A DNA stretch of 64,000 bases from Basidiobolus meristosporus CBS 931.73 (lineage: Eukaryota > Fungi > Basidiobolomycota). A program made the position numbers and the translations under genes. The notes under the pieces are model-generated. The model was not told the DNA's origin, searched no databases, and saw only the letters and a program-made list of their open reading frames with translations. This document shows positions 25,786-40,095 of this stretch, in pieces (position 1 is the stretch's first letter; each line of letters starts with the position of its first letter). The stretch is taken from the NCBI GenBank assembly GCA_002104905.1, contig MCFE01000073.1, positions 62,001 through 126,000 on the forward strand. The letters run 5' to 3'.

Positions 25786-26327
25786 ATAGTAAGCAGGAAG
25801 CTGTAGTTTTTTTAACTCAAACTATATGTGGAATACCTAAGGTAGTAGTGGGTAAGCAAATAAAGAGGGGTGATTCTACAGTGGGATATATGGAATACAC
25901 AAGGGGAGGTAGATAAAGGAAATACCATTTGGAAAATTGGTATGGCATCATGATAAAGAGCTAGCTGTAGGCCACCATACTGTCATAATAGTGCCATCCA
26001 AGGCTGGCAGAGAGGCCATCAAAACACCATCAAGTTTTTTGCCATATAAGGCATTTGGATATATTGGCTAGTTAGATCCACTCAAATAGTTTTAGCAGAC
26101 CAGCACCACAACATTGCCATGCCACCCTTGGCAAAACACTCTAGCAACATGGTTGTGTTTTTCAACTTTATTTTGCTGTAAAATCAGCCAATTGCCATCA
26201 TGATTGCATCATAAGATTGTGTAGATGGTCATTATTTCCAAGCTGCTGGTATTACAGCAGTCTCCTGGCCAGATCTTGATAGATTATCCAGATTGGATCC
26301 ACCTGCAGGACCAAACTCTTCTTCATG

Positions 26328-27832
26328 GGGTTGTTTTATGGGGTTGAGCAGGCACCCAAATCATGGTTAAACAAGATTGACACATATCCAGAGGAGATTG
26401 GCTTCCCTTGTAGCACTGCAGCTCACTGTATTGTATATGTGAAACAGCTTAAAATGGGAATAATTATCCTAATACTTTATGTGGACAATCTTCTATTAGC
26501 TTTAAGTGATTAAGGGGCACTTAAACAGACAAAATGACAACTCTTCAACAGGTTTAAGATGAAAGATCTTGGAATATCCAGCTATCTTCTTGAAATTAAA
26601 GTCAAGTCTGACATATCTACACCAAATATTGTGGTGAATCACTCTTAGTAGATTTGGGATATTCTTGATGCTTCAAAATGGAAAATTGTAAGCCTGGAGC
26701 AACCCCCCTGGACAATAATCTGAAATTGATTGAATCACAGCTTGTTCTGAATGAAAACAGCTCATATATGGACCAAAGAAATCCCTATCAATCAATGGTT
26801 TTTAGGCTGATGTAGTTGGGGGTGTGTACAAGTCCATATATTACATTGACAGTTGGAATAGTCAGTCAACTCAGGATAAATATGGATCTGGTCAGATTAC
26901 AGCAGTTAAGCAAATCTGCAGATGTGTGCAAGGTACCATCAATATGGTTCAGAAATTATCCAGAGCAGGCAATAGGCAAAGATTTAATGGCAATAGTGAT
27001 TCAGATTGGGGTAGGGATCTAATTGACCATTGCCCTACCACTGGGCACGTAATTCTATATGCTGGTTCAGTTTTTACTTGGAATTGCAAGAAACAACCAT
27101 TTGTAGCCCTATCTACAACTGAGGCAGAATTCATGGCTGCTTGCCAAGCAACTAAGGAGGCTATATGGTTACAGATATTATCCAAAGGCTAAGGTTTCAC
27201 TTTGAATGAGCCAACATGTATCTACAAGGATAATCAAAGCTGTATTTCATCAGCTAGGAATTCTACTAATCATGCCAGAACTAAGCACATATGTATATGA
27301 CACCACTTTGTAAAAGAAGCTGCAGAAAGAGTTTAGTAGAGATAGCTTGCTGCCCAACTGAAAAAAAGATGTCAGATATATTGATAAAGCCACTTACCTA
27401 GGCCACAATTTGAGAATTCTGGAGAGAAATTGCAATTAAGAAACTTATTTATTGAGGGGGAGTGATGGAATAATGGACTGTGTGGTGTCATCCAGCAGTT
27501 AAAAACTCACTCAGCAATTCTGTACTAGTCCTAGTCACTGTAGGACTAATTTACAGCCCTAACTTTGCTACTTTCTATCAGATCTATAATCCTATGATTA
27601 TTCCCCTATAGTCAAGATCAAATTAGCACATTTATCATAGACTAAGTACTGATTCTGAAGCTTCTACAGAATGCTCCCTAATGTTAAGATACCCTCCTTA
27701 TTTGGTTCTATATTTATACTGCTCCCACAAAGGTATAGATACTGCGCTTCTTTATGAATAGGCAATAATGCAATCATTATTATTATCTCTTGATTTATTC
27801 CTTATTTCCAACACACTTTTTAAATTACAACA
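26328..27832 (+). mobile_element. Diverged Copia-A-related 3' portion (RT, RNase H, PPT, 3' LTR 27463-27832)
   Basis: QAPKSWLNKIDTY, SDSDWGRDLIDH, LSTTEAEFMAACQATKEAIWL. PPT attgaggggga precedes a 370-bp LTR homologous to the Copia-A LTRs. Confidence 0.85.
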
Positions 27833-29244
27833 CCTCCTGAGTTGCTTGAAAAGCAGTCATATATTCTGCCTTACTTGTAGATATGGCTACAGTTGGTTGC
27901 TTCTTGTAATTTCAAGCAATAGCTGCACCAGCATAAAGAAATACATACATAGTAGTAGTGCATCTGTTGATTACATCTCTACCCCAATCTGAATATTCAT
28001 AGCCAATAAATATTTTCCTATTAGCCGCTCAAAAGCATCCCAAAACCATATTAATGGCACTTTAGCAATATCTGAGAATTTGCTTAACTGCTGCAATTTG
28101 ATCAGATCCTTAATTCTGCATGAATCAACTGACAATTCCCAATGCCACTGCAATATTGGACATGTAGATACCATCAGGTATATCATGCTTCTAACCATTG
28201 ACTTATAGGAAAGGTTTTGGTCCATGCCTGAGCTCTTTTCATGTGAAATTGGTTGATATTTGCACAATTTTGGGTGATTGTCTATGAGGATTGCTCCTGG
28301 TTTGCAATTTTCCATTTTAAAGCCTATAAGAGTGTTCCTGATGTGCTTGGACTAATTTAGAACAGTTTTCTGCATAGACATTCTAGATTTGACTTAGATT
28401 CTAAGAAAATAGCTAAATTTTTCATGATATTGCATCTTAATCCTGCTGGAGAGTTGAGATCTTGTCTGTTTGAGTGCCTCCTGGTCACTTGTGGCTATTA
28501 TTAGGTTGTTGACATAAAGTACCAAGATAATTATTCCCTTTTAAAGCTGGTCTACATTTATTCTCTGATCTACAGTGCTACAAAGGAACCCAACCTCCTC
28601 TAGATATGAGTCAATCTTGTTAATGTTGCAATATCCCAAGAAGTAATGGAGGTGATGCAGAAAACTACAGGATTTACATGTTATTCACTTGTAGATTTAT
28701 TGTTCAAAAGTATGGTATTAATACTGTTGATAAAGTAGAGCAAACAAATTTGTAGGGTTTGTTAAGGAAGATCCCTGTTGTAGAAATTTGTAATTCCACA
28801 TGAATATTCACCTAACTTAGTTGCTTAGTTTTACCTTCATATCCTAGAGAATACTGACCAAATTCCTTGTTGGGATTTACTTAGAATATTTTCATCAAAA
28901 TACAAGGTACCCAGAACATGAAAATTCTCAAAGTTGTCCAAACAGCCCCAAACTTTGCACACATGTACTTGGGACCTTCCTTCATATATGCTATGTGCTT
29001 GTAATGCCAAGACCATGTAAACGTATAAATGCCACTTTGACATTCAAAAAATCAATAAGTGGGTACCACATAATCTACTTGCTCTACCAGTCACTTCCAA
29101 TATTGCCAACACTCTCACAACAGGTTATGAGCCCCAAGCTGTCACTCTCTGCAATGTCTACTAATGCTATTACTGATATTTTTCCCTCTGTTGGAAAGTT
29201 GGATGGATCTAACTACCAAGTGTGGAAGTTGAAGATGAAGATAC

Positions 29245-32200
29245 TGTTGCAATTTAAGAAGTGATTTGGATATAAGGAACTTGTCAAGAAATAGTGATAA
29301 TAGTTGAACTGTTGTTTATTCATAAAGAAGCTCAGTATTTATACCTTTGTAGAAGTAATACAGCTGCAACACTAAGTAGGGAGGGTTTCTCAATATTTAG
29401 GAGCATTCTGTAACAGTTTCAGGGTTAGTACATAATGTCTGGTAATAGTGCTAATTTGATCCTGACTATAGGGGAATAATCATAAGATCATATATCTGGA
29501 GAAAGTGGCAAAGTTAAGGCAGTAAATGAGTCCTACAGTGACTAAGACTATCCTAGAATTGTTAAGTAAATTTTTAGCTGCAAATGATACCAAATAGTCC
29601 AATATTTCAACACTCCCCCTCAACTAAATAATTTCGTAATCCCAATTTCTCTCTAAGGATCTCAAACTGTGGCCTAGCTAGTGGTTTTGTCAATATGTCT
29701 GCCACCATTTTGTCAATTGGGCAGTAAACCAGCTCCACTAAGTTATTTTCTACAGCTTCCCTCACAAAGTGATGCTGTATATCAATGTGCTTAGTTCTGG
29801 CATGATTAGTAGGATTTCTAGCTAATGAAATACAACTTTGATTATCCTTGTAAATACATGTTGGTTCACCTGAATTAAAACCTAAGTCTTTGAATAATTT
29901 TTGTAGCCATATAGCCTCCTTAGTTGCTTGACATGCAGCCATATATTCGGCTTCAGTTGTAGATAGTGCCACAGTTGGTTGTTTCTTGCAATTCCAAGTA
30001 ATAGCTGCACCAGCATAAAGAAATACATAGCCTGTGGTAGAGCGTCTGTCAATCAAATCCCTACCCCAATCTGAATCACTATAACCATCAAATTTTTGCC
30101 TATTTGCTGCTCCAGAGTATTCCAGTACCATACTTATGGTACCTTGTAGATGTCTGAAAATCCGCTTAACTGCTGCAATTTGATCTGATCCATAATTCTG
30201 CATGAATTGACTGACTATTCCAACTGCTACTGCAATATCTGGACGTGTAGACACCATCAAGTACATTAGGCTACCGACCATTGATTGATAGGGAAAGTTT
30301 TGGTCCATATTTGAGCCGTTTTCATCTATAACTGGCTGAGATTTGCTTAATTTCAGGTTATTGTCCATAGGGGTTGCTGCAGGTTTGCAATTTTCCATCT
30401 TGAAGCGTCTAAGAATGTCCCTGATGTACTTAGACTGATTCAGCACAATTTTCTGCGTAGGTATGTCAAATTTGACCTCAATTCCAAGAAAATAGCTCAA
30501 TTTTCCAAGATCTTTCATCTCAAACTTGCTGAAGAGATCTGATTTCGTCTGTTTAAGTGCCTCTTGATCACTTGTAGCTATAATTAGGTCGTCCACATAA
30601 AGAACTAGGATGATCACACCCTTTTTGAGCTGTTTCACATATATACTGTGATCTGCAGTGCTACGAGAGAACCCAATTTCCTCTAGATATGTGTCAATCT
30701 TGTTATACCATGCTCTGGGTGCCTGCTTAAGCCCATACAACGATTTTCTAAGTTTGCACACCTTATGGGGGCTTTTTGGATCGGTAAAACCTTCTGGTTG
30801 CTCCATATATATAGTTTCTTGCAAATCCCCATTTAGAAAGGCTGTTTTGACGTCCATTTGGTGTAGATCTAGACTGTGTACAGCTGCCAGGGCTAGAACT
30901 GTCCTAATAGAGTTAAACTTGGCAACCAGAGCAAATGTTTCCTTAAAGTCTAGTCCCTGGATCTGGGAATAGCCTTTAGCTACCAATCTAGCCTTGTACT
31001 TATCAACGGCACCATTTGAGGTTATCTTGATCTTGTAGACCCATCTACATCCTATTGGCTTTCTCCCATTTGGTAAATCTACCAGTTCCCACGTTTTTGC
31101 CTTGATCAGTGATTGGTACTCCTCCTGCATGGCTTGTTGCCACTTAGTAGCATCTGGACCTTGCATTGCCTGTTCCAGATTCTGAGGTTCGGCACATAAG
31201 GCAAGATAAGCTTCTTCATGATCATTGGATGTCTGCCACCAGGATCCAGGGGCATTTCTTATTCTGGTAGATCTTCTAACTGGGATAATCTGTTCTGATC
31301 TGGAACTGGTAGAAGTATCTTCCATCTTTGGCTGGATTTGGTACGTATCTTCTTCATTTGTGTTGATTGCATCATCAGGCAGCTGGCCAATGATTTCTGT
31401 GGCTTTCTGATCTGAATTTTCCTCAAATACAACATCCCTGCTCTTGATCAGCTTCTGAATTTTGCCATCATACACTCTATACCCTTTAGTATCTTCACAA
31501 TACCCAAGAAAGATCCCTTTTCTACTCTTTGGTTCCAGCTTTGAGCGTTTTTTGTCAGGGATGTGATAAAAAACATCACTGCCAAAGATCCTGAGGTGCT
31601 GGAGATCTGGTTTTTTGCCTGTATATGCTTCAAAGGGTGTAGAATCACGTAGTGCTGTTGTTGGGCATCTGTTCTTGATGTATACAGCGGTAGCATCAGA
31701 TTCAGCCCAAAACTTGTAGTCCATTCCCTTATCATGTAGCATAGATCTTCCCATCTCTACTATTGTTCTGTTTGCACGTTCTGCTACTCTATTTTGCTGT
31801 GGAGTATGAGGAACTGTGGTCTGTTGAAGTATACCAGTAGACAAGCAGTATTTTGCAAACTCCTTTGAGCAGTATTCTCCTCCATTGTCACTTCGTAGTA
31901 CCTTCAATTTACACCCAGTTTGTGTTTCTGCCATGTTCTTGAAGTGCTTAAACGTCTCTAAAGCTTCATCCTTTGTTTTGAGGAAGTACACCCATGTATA
32001 TCTTATCTTGTCATCAATAAACGTCATAAAGTATCTCTTGGCTCCAAAGGACAGTGTTCTCATGGGGCCACATATGTCTAAGTGTACAATAGCCAATATT
32101 TCGGTGGTATTGATGCCTTCTGAGCTCTTGAAACATTGCCTAGCTTGTTTGCCATATGAACATCCCTTACAAACATTCAATTTGATCGGAATTGAGTATT

Positions 32201-33931
32201 TTAGGCCCAAAACAAGCTGATTTTTCACCAATTGGCTCATTTTCTGTTCCCCTATGTGTCCTAGCCTCCTATGCCACGTCTCCCAGCTGGTTTCATCAGT
32301 TTCAGCAATGCTGACATACTCAGGTACAATGATCTTGCATTGTAACTTATATATATTGTGATCTCTGATTCCCGAAGCTAATTTTTGTCCATTTTCACTC
32401 AATATTGAGCAGCTCAGCTTAGTAAAAACAAATTTCAGTCCCTGAGTAGTTGCTTTACTGACTGAGAGTAGGTTCTTAGCTATTCCAGGTACATAGAGTA
32501 CGTCAGTCAGTTTTGCTGTTGTTGCCCCTGAGTTTTCACTCATATTTAGTTGTATAGACCCACTGGCGGTAGCTTCCAATGCAGAGTTATCTCCCAGATA
32601 AACCTTTCTTACGGGAATAGTCTTTAAGTTGCTGAACCAATCCTTTATACCACAAATATGCTGTGATGCTCCAGAGTCAATATACCATTCATTACTTCGG
32701 TTACTTGCACTCTCTTGTACAGTGACAAATAGCTGTTCATCAGTAGTTATATGGTTTGCCTGCTCTAGTTTCTGTTTTTCGTCTGCTTGTTTCTTCTTGC
32801 ATTCTCTTGCCCAGTGTCCTGGCTTCTTACAGTAGTTACAGCAGCCAGGTTTTCTTCGGTTTTGTTGCTTTCCCTTCTTTTCTGTATGCCTTTCTGAGCT
32901 GAATAAAGCATTATCTTCAATTTTCTCTGCTTGATCATTACGTCTGAGTTTTCATGGAGAAGTCTTCCTTTGACATAGTCTAAAGTCAAGTTGTCTTCTC
33001 TGCTTTCAAAAGAAAGTATGAGTGGCTCATACTCGTCTGGTAGGCTGCAAAGCAGACAGAGTATCTTTTCTTCATCATCTACACCAGCATTAATACTGTA
33101 AAGTTCTTCTGCAAGTGTCTCCATTCTGGTAATGAGTTGTAGCATGTCATCATCTGGCTTTTTTTTTCTCATGTTGAAGAACTTTCGTTTCAAATAAAGC
33201 TTGCTTGATACTGACTTTGCTCTAAAGATCTTCTCTAAGGATTCCCATGCTGCTTTGGCAGTATTTGAGGCATGGATTTGTCCAATGAAGGAGTCTTGCA
33301 CATTGATGCATATTGCATTGAAGGCCTTTCTCTCCTTCTCTTGAAACTTCTCCACATCTTCTGCTGTTCCTTTGGGCTCAACTTCCTTTCCTGTTACTAT
33401 GTTCCAAAGCTTTCTTTCCTCAAGGTGGATCTGCATCTTGATTCTCCAAAGTCTGTAGTTCTTCCCATCAAACCTCTCCTTTACAGGGAAGATGTTGGTA
33501 TTGCTTTGTTTGCTGGTAGAAGTCATCTTTAGAATAGATTAAGGCAATCGGGGCTCATAACCTGTTGCAATTTAAGAAGTGATTTGGATATAAGGAACTT
33601 ATCAAGAAATAGTGATAATAGTTGAACTGTTGTTTATTCATAAAGAAGCTCAGTATTTATACCTTTGTAGAAGCAATACAGCTGCAACACTAAGTAGGGA
33701 GGGTTTCTCAATATTTAGGAGCATTCTGTAACAGTTTCAGGGTTAGTACATAATGTTTGGTAATAGTGCTAATTTGATCCTGACTATAGGGGAATAATCA
33801 TAAGATCATATATCTGGAGAAAGTGGCGAAGTTAAGGCAGTAAATGAGTCCTACAGTGACTAAGACTATCCTAGAATTGTTAAGTAAATTTTTAGCTGCT
33901 GAATGATACCAAATAGTCCAATATTTCAACA
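29245..33931 (-). mobile_element. Copia-A full-length element, youngest in the window; TSD GATAC
   Basis: LTRs 33563-33931 and 29245-29612 differ at about 6 of 369 positions. Perfect GATAC at 29240-29244 and 33932-33936. PBS GGTTATGAGCCC at 33551-33562; PPT ttgagggggag. Confidence 0.97.
29607..33526 (-). pseudogene. Copia-A gag-pol polyprotein with a single 1-bp frameshift near 32950
   Basis: Gag ORF 32765-33526. After the frameshift one open frame runs through CNYCKKPGHWAREC, WYIDSGASQH, integrase, RT (LYVDDL) and RNase H (ADILTK) to the stop at 29607. Confidence 0.93.
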
Positions 33932-36900
33932 GATACTGCTACAAGAAAGAGGCTCTAGGGATATTGTCATGAGAGAAGAATGCCCTACTAATGTGGGAGA
34001 GGAAGCCTTAGAGTACCAGAAGAAAGAACAGTGTGCCCTTAATTGCATATGCCTTAATGTTAAAGACAAATTGCTAACTCAATGCTCAAGAGCAAAAGTG
34101 GCAAAGAATGCCTGAAAGGCTTTAGAAGACACCTACCAGTCATGTTCAGCTGCCAAGAAGATGTATTTGAGACAAAAATCTTTTACTACAAAGATGCTGC
34201 CAGGAGAAGAAATGAAATATCTAATTAACAGATTTACCCTGCTGATAGATGAAATGGAACCTGTGGGTATACCAACTGCTGATGAAGATGTGCTAGTTAC
34301 CATCCTGAACAGTCTGAAAGACAGGTTTCAGGGCCTTGTATCAGCCCTAGTATCCAGAATGGAAGATTTGACCTTAAATTATGTATTTGGAAGGCTCCTG
34401 GATGAAGAATTAAGAAAATCAAGTGCCAGTAAGAAGGAAGAAGAAAATGATTTAATAAGCAATGTTAACCAACAAAGGAGGTACCCAAGACGTTACAAAA
34501 GCAACAGCAGCTTCTTTTACAACTACTGCAAAAGGAAAGAACACACATCAGACCGGTACCTTAAGAAGAAAGATAGTCAGCAGAAAATGCCTGAATATGG
34601 AACTGCTGCAACATCTGAAGAGAGACTATTCATATCTGCACTACATATGACTGCAAACAAGGATTCTCAGATGTGGTACATTGAATCTGGAGCATCTCAA
34701 CACTTTACATACCAAAAAGAACTTTTTACCCAATATCAAGAGATTCCAATTAAGAAGGTTTTCATGGCTCACTATAGAACACTCAATGCAGTGGGAGAAG
34801 GAACAATACAAGTAAACCTAAGAAGCAGTGAAGGAAACCATGCACTGACCTTTAAAGAAGTACTCTATGTACCAGAAAGAGCCAAGAACCAATTTTCTGT
34901 AAGCAAGGCCACTGCAGAAGGACTCAGTTTCAGCTTTGACAATTCCAGATTCAAGATCACTGATCAAATGGTGCCTATATTGCTTTTGGTATCAGAGATC
35001 AGAATCTATACAATTTGACTTATATTCCATCATTTTTTGAAGCCAATATAAGTAACTTATATGAAGAAACACAAATGCTTTGGCACAGGAGATTTGGGCA
35101 CATCAATTTTGATTAAATGCACAATATGATCAAAGATCAGTTAACTTCTGGAGTAAAAATGGAGCCCCCAGATATTTTGGAGCACTGTGAAGCCTGCATA
35201 TATGGGAAACAAGCCAGACAATCATTCAAGAGCTTGGGGCTGATCAAAACTAAGAAAAAGTCAAATCTAATTCACTCATATTTGTGTGTACCTATGCAAA
35301 ATTTATCTTTAGACAGGATAAAGTATTTAATCACCTTTATTGAGGATTATACAAGATACACATGGGTCTACTTCATGGAGAGAAAGGAAGAAGCTCTGTC
35401 TAAGCTCAGGGAGCTTAAGGCCATGGTGGAGAGAAAAACTGGTGAAAAAATCAAGAAAAATACGCACTGACAATGGTGCAGAGTATACCTTAAAACTCTT
35501 GATTCACATCTGCAAAATTCATGGGATAAAGCAAGACACTACTGTACCATACTCTCCACAGCAAGATGGAGTAGCAGAGCGTACTAACAGATCCATAATT
35601 GACATGGCAAGGTCTATGATCCATGATCAAAAATTATCCTATGATTTTTGGGTGGAATCAGTTTCCACTGCTGTATACCTTTAAAATAGGAGTTATAACA
35701 GAATGCTTTGTGATTCTACTCCATTTAAAGCATGGTATGGATACAAACCAAGTGCAGAACATCTAAGAATATTTGGGTGTGCAGCATATGCCAAGAAACT
35801 GCCCAGAAATCAGTCAAAATTTTAGCCATAAAGTGTTAAATGCATATTTTTGGGCTACAGCAATGAGAGTAAAGCATACAGACTCTATAATACCAAAGGA
35901 AAGAAGCTGATCAAGTACAGGGATGTATTATTTGATGAAAATTCAATATTTTTACAAAAAGTGACATCTGATGATCACAAAAACCTGATCTCAAGTCCAC
36001 CAATTGTCAGGATTGAATCAGAGCAAACTAATGAGAATTTTTTCACTCCAGAGGACTCTACAACCATAGTTCAGCCAGAATCAGTGCCCAGGAATATCCC
36101 AGAAGTGATCATACCAGGATCAAATGCCCGGAGATCCAATTGGACAAAAAATAGCCCAAATTACTATATCAATGAGGGTACAAACTTCAACTATGCCTAC
36201 TCGGTACATATTGATGAACCCTGGACTGTGAAAGAGGCCCCAATTAGCCCTCAGACAAAGTTTTGGAGATCTGCAATGACTGAGAAATATCAGGCCCTGC
36301 TGGAAAATCAAACCTGTGACTTAGTTAAACTACCAATCAACCAAAAATCAATTGGATGCAGATAGGTCTTCAAGACAAAATACAAGGCTGATAGTACAAT
36401 TGAAAGACAGAGAGCAAGAGTTGTGGCCAAAGGATACTCTCAAACAACAGGACTTGACTATACTGAGACCTGTGTACCAGTAGCCAAGCTTATTTCCATC
36501 AGTTTAATATTGGCTATTGAAGCCAAATATAAGTTTTTTATTCATCAAATGGATGTAAAAACTGTATTTTTAAATGCAGAACTTGATGAGGATGTGTATA
36601 TAGCCCAGCCCAATGGGTTTGCTGACCAAGATAACCCCCATTTGGTCTGCAAGCTTAAAAAGTTACTAAATGGTCTCAGACTATCACCAAGAGCCTGGAA
36701 TTGCAAGATAGATTTTTATATGGAATCTTTGAGTTTCAAAAGCATTAATGCTGACTATAGTATAAGCTATAAGCCAGATAGAGCCAATCCAGTTCTATTT
36801 GCTCTATACGTGGATGATCTTATTACAGTCACCAATAACATAAAAACATTGGAAGAGACTAAATCCAGCCTATATAAGGAGTTCAAGATGTCCATTCTAA

Positions 36901-37366
36901 GAGGACTCAACTACTACCTAGGGATGAAGTTCTCCATAGACAGAAGTACCCAGACTATGACCTTAAGCCAATCCAAGTATATTCAAGATATACTGAAGAG
37001 GTACCAAACGGAAGACTGTAAACCAGCAGCTATCCCAATGGAAACAAACCTTAACTTGGTCAAAACGCAACCAAATCAAGAGAGCTTGGTGCCATCTGAA
37101 AGCCCTGACTTTCCTTATCAATCTATGGTCGGCAATCTGATGTATATCATGCTTGGAACACATCCAGATATCTCATATTCAGTGGGAGTTGTCAGCCAAC
37201 ATAATCAGAACTATGGATCTGATCATATTGCAGCAGTTAAGCGGATTTTTAGATACCTAAAAGGAACAGCTGATATCTGCTTAAGATATACTTATAAGGA
37301 TTCAGAACAGGATCTTGTGGGATACTCTGATGCTGATTGGGGACAAAATTTAGAAGACAGAAGATC

Positions 37367-40095
37367 ATTGCAGATCTCCAAAACTTCATCTGAGGGCTAT
37401 TTAGGGCCTCTTTTACAGTCTGGGGTTCATCAATATGGACCAAATAGGCATAGGCTAAGTTTGTACTCTTATTGATATAGTAATTTGGGCTATTTCTTGT
37501 CTGATTGGATCTCTGGGCATTTGATACTAGAATGATTACTTCTGGGATATTCCTGGGCACTGATTCTGGCTAAACCATGGTTGTAGAGTCCTCTGGAGTG
37601 AAAAAACTTTCATTGTTTTGCTCTGATTCAATCCTGACAATTGGTGGACTTGAGATCAAATTTTGGTCATCATCTGATGTCATTTTTTGTAAAAATTTTG
37701 AATTTTCATCAAACAGCCCATCCCTGGACTTGATCAGCTTCTTTGCTTTGGTATTGTAGAGTCCGTATGCCTTACTCTCATTGCAGTAGCTCAAAAATAT
37801 GCATTTTAAACTTTTTGGCTCAAATTTTGTATGATATCCGGCCAGTTTTTTGGCATATGCGGTACACACAAATATTCTTAGATGTTCTGCACTTGGTTTG
37901 TATCCATACCATGCTCTAAATGGAGTAGAATCACAAAGCATTCTGTTATAACTCCTATTTTAAAGGTATACAGCAGTGGCAACTGATTCCGCCCAAAAAT
38001 CATAGGATAATTTTTGATCATGGATCATAGTTCTTGCCATATCAATTATTGATCTGTTAGCTTGTCTACTACTGCATTTTGCTGTGGGGAGTATGGTACG
38101 GTAGTCTCTTGCTTTATCCCATGAATTTTGCAGAAGTAGATGAAGCATTTTGAGGTATATTGTCCACCATTGTCAGAGCGTATTTTCTTGATTTTTTCAC
38201 CAGTTTCTCTCTCCACCACGGCTTTAAACTCCCTGAACTTAGACAGAGCTTCTTTCTTTCTCTCCATGAAGTAGACCCCTGTATATCTTGTATAATCATC
38301 AATAAAAGTTTTGATTGACCCAGAGCTCTTGAACGGTTGTCTGGCTTGTTTCCCATATATGCAGGCTTCACAGTGCTCCAAATTAGCTGGGGGAGCAATT
38401 TTCACTCTAGAAATTAGCTGATCTTTGATCATTTTGCGCAAATAATCAAAATTGATGTGTCCAAATCTCCTGTGCCAAAGCATTGGTGTTTCTTCATTTA
38501 AGTTACTTATATTGGCTTCCAAATATGATGGAATATAAGTCAACAAGTATAGATTCTGATCTCTGATGCCCAAAGCAATATGGGCACCATTTTGATCAGT
38601 GATCTTGCATCCAGAATTGTCAAAACTGAAACTGAGTCCTTTTGCTGTGGCCTTGCTTACAGAGAGTAGGTTCTTGGCTATCTCTGGTACATAGAGTACT
38701 TCTTTAAAGGTCAGTGTATGGCTTCCTTCACTGCTTCTAAGGTTTACTGGAATAGTTCCTTCTCCCACTGCATCAAGTGTCCTATTGTCACCCATGAAAA
38801 CCTTCTTAATTGGAATCTCTTGACATTGGGTAAAAAGTACTTTTTGGTGTGTAAAGTGTTGCAAAGCTCCAGAGTCAATATACCACGTCTAAGAATCCTT
38901 GCTTGTGGTCATATTTAGTGCAGATATGAATAGTCTATCTTCAGTTGTTGCAGCATTTCCATATTCAGGCTTCTTTTGCTGATAATCTCTCTTTTTGAGA
39001 CTCTGGTCTGATGTGTGTCCTTTCCTTTTGCAGTAGTTGCAAAACAGGTTGCTGTTGCCTTTGTAGGGTCTTGGGTACCTCCTTTGTTAGCTATCATTGC
39101 TTATTAAAGCATTTTCTTCTTCCTTCTTATTGGAGCTTGATTTTCTTAATTCTTCATCCAGGAGCCTTCCATATATGTAATTTAAGGTCAAGTCTTCAGT
39201 TCTGGACTCTAGGGCTGATACAAGTCCCTGAAACTTGTCTGTCAGGCTATTCAGGATGGTAACTATTACATCCTCATCAGTAGTTGGTACACCCACAGAT
39301 TCCATTTCATCTACCAGCAGGGTAATTCTGTTAATTAGATTTTTCATTTCTTCTCCTGGCAGCATCTTTGTAGTAAAGAATTTTTGTCTCAGATACATCT
39401 TCTTGGCAGCTGAACATGACTGGTAGGTGTCTTCTAATGCCTTAAAGCATTCTTTGCCATTTTTGCTCTTGAGTATTGAGTTAGCAATTTGTCTTTAACA
39501 TTAAGGCAAATGCAGTGAAAGGCACTTTGTTCTTTTGTCTGGTACTTCAAGGCTTCCTTTCCCACGTTTTTAGGAGGGCATACTTCTCCCATGACAATAT
39601 CCCAAAGGCCTCTTTCTTGTAGCAGCATCTTCATTTTCACCTTCCACACTTGGTAGTTAGATCCATCCAACTTTTCAGCAGAGGGAAAAATTCCAGTAAT
39701 AGCAGTAGTGGACATTGCAGAGAGTAACAGCTTGGGGCTCATAACCTGTTGTAAGAGTCTTGGAGATATTGGAAGTGATTGGGAGGACAAGTAGATTATG
39801 TGGTTTTCACTTAATGATTTATTGAATGTAAAGTAGTATTTATACTTTTACATGGTCTTGGCATTACAAACACATAGAATAGGTTAAGGAAGGTCCCAAG
39901 AGCATGTGTGCAAAGTTTGGGGCTGTTTGGACAACTTTGAGAATTTTCATGTTCTGGGTACCTGGTATTTTGGTGAAAATATTCCAAGTAAATCCCAACA
40001 AGGAATTTGGTCAGTATTCTCTAGGATTTGAAGGAGATGATCTAAGTGACTAAGTTAGATGAATATTTAGGTGGAAATACAACTTTTTTACAACA
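37367..40095 (-). mobile_element. Copia-B 5' portion (3'-truncated), inserted into a gypsy RT start
   Basis: 5' LTR 39747-40095, PBS 39735-39746, gag (39087-39790), protease/integrase (38046-38864). Truncated at 37367, where it abuts the plus-strand Copia-B. Right flank gtatg continues as gypsy [12 protein letters not shown]. Confidence 0.9.

Larger units (their letters stand above)
16025..26327 (+). mobile_element. CACTA Tnp2-like remnant, copy 3 (16025-17365 plus 25786-26327), split by a gypsy insertion
   Basis: FKDWMNWIFIYS...HWKHW and GPCFTFWEFP motifs. Joining the two flanks restores gaggatagtaagcagg, matching the uninterrupted gaggttagtaagcagg at 51-66. Confidence 0.7.

Noticed and set aside
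21925-31410. Antisense ORFs conserved between Copia-A copies (21925-22239, 30658-30972, 21487-21672, 31225-31410)
   Set aside because: They are shadows of the conserved sense pol frame, start at alternative codons and have no independent coding signal.
32930-32970. Programmed ribosomal frameshift between Copia-A gag and pol
   Set aside because: The sibling copy (ORF 19379-20353) reads through this point in frame into the protease, so the shift is a 1-bp deletion rather than a recoding site.
33551-33562. GGGCTCATAACC matches as possible tRNA-Met genes (also 39735, 46453, 51535)
   Set aside because: Only 12-13 nt match, always abutting an LTR, with no cloverleaf around them. They are primer-binding sites.
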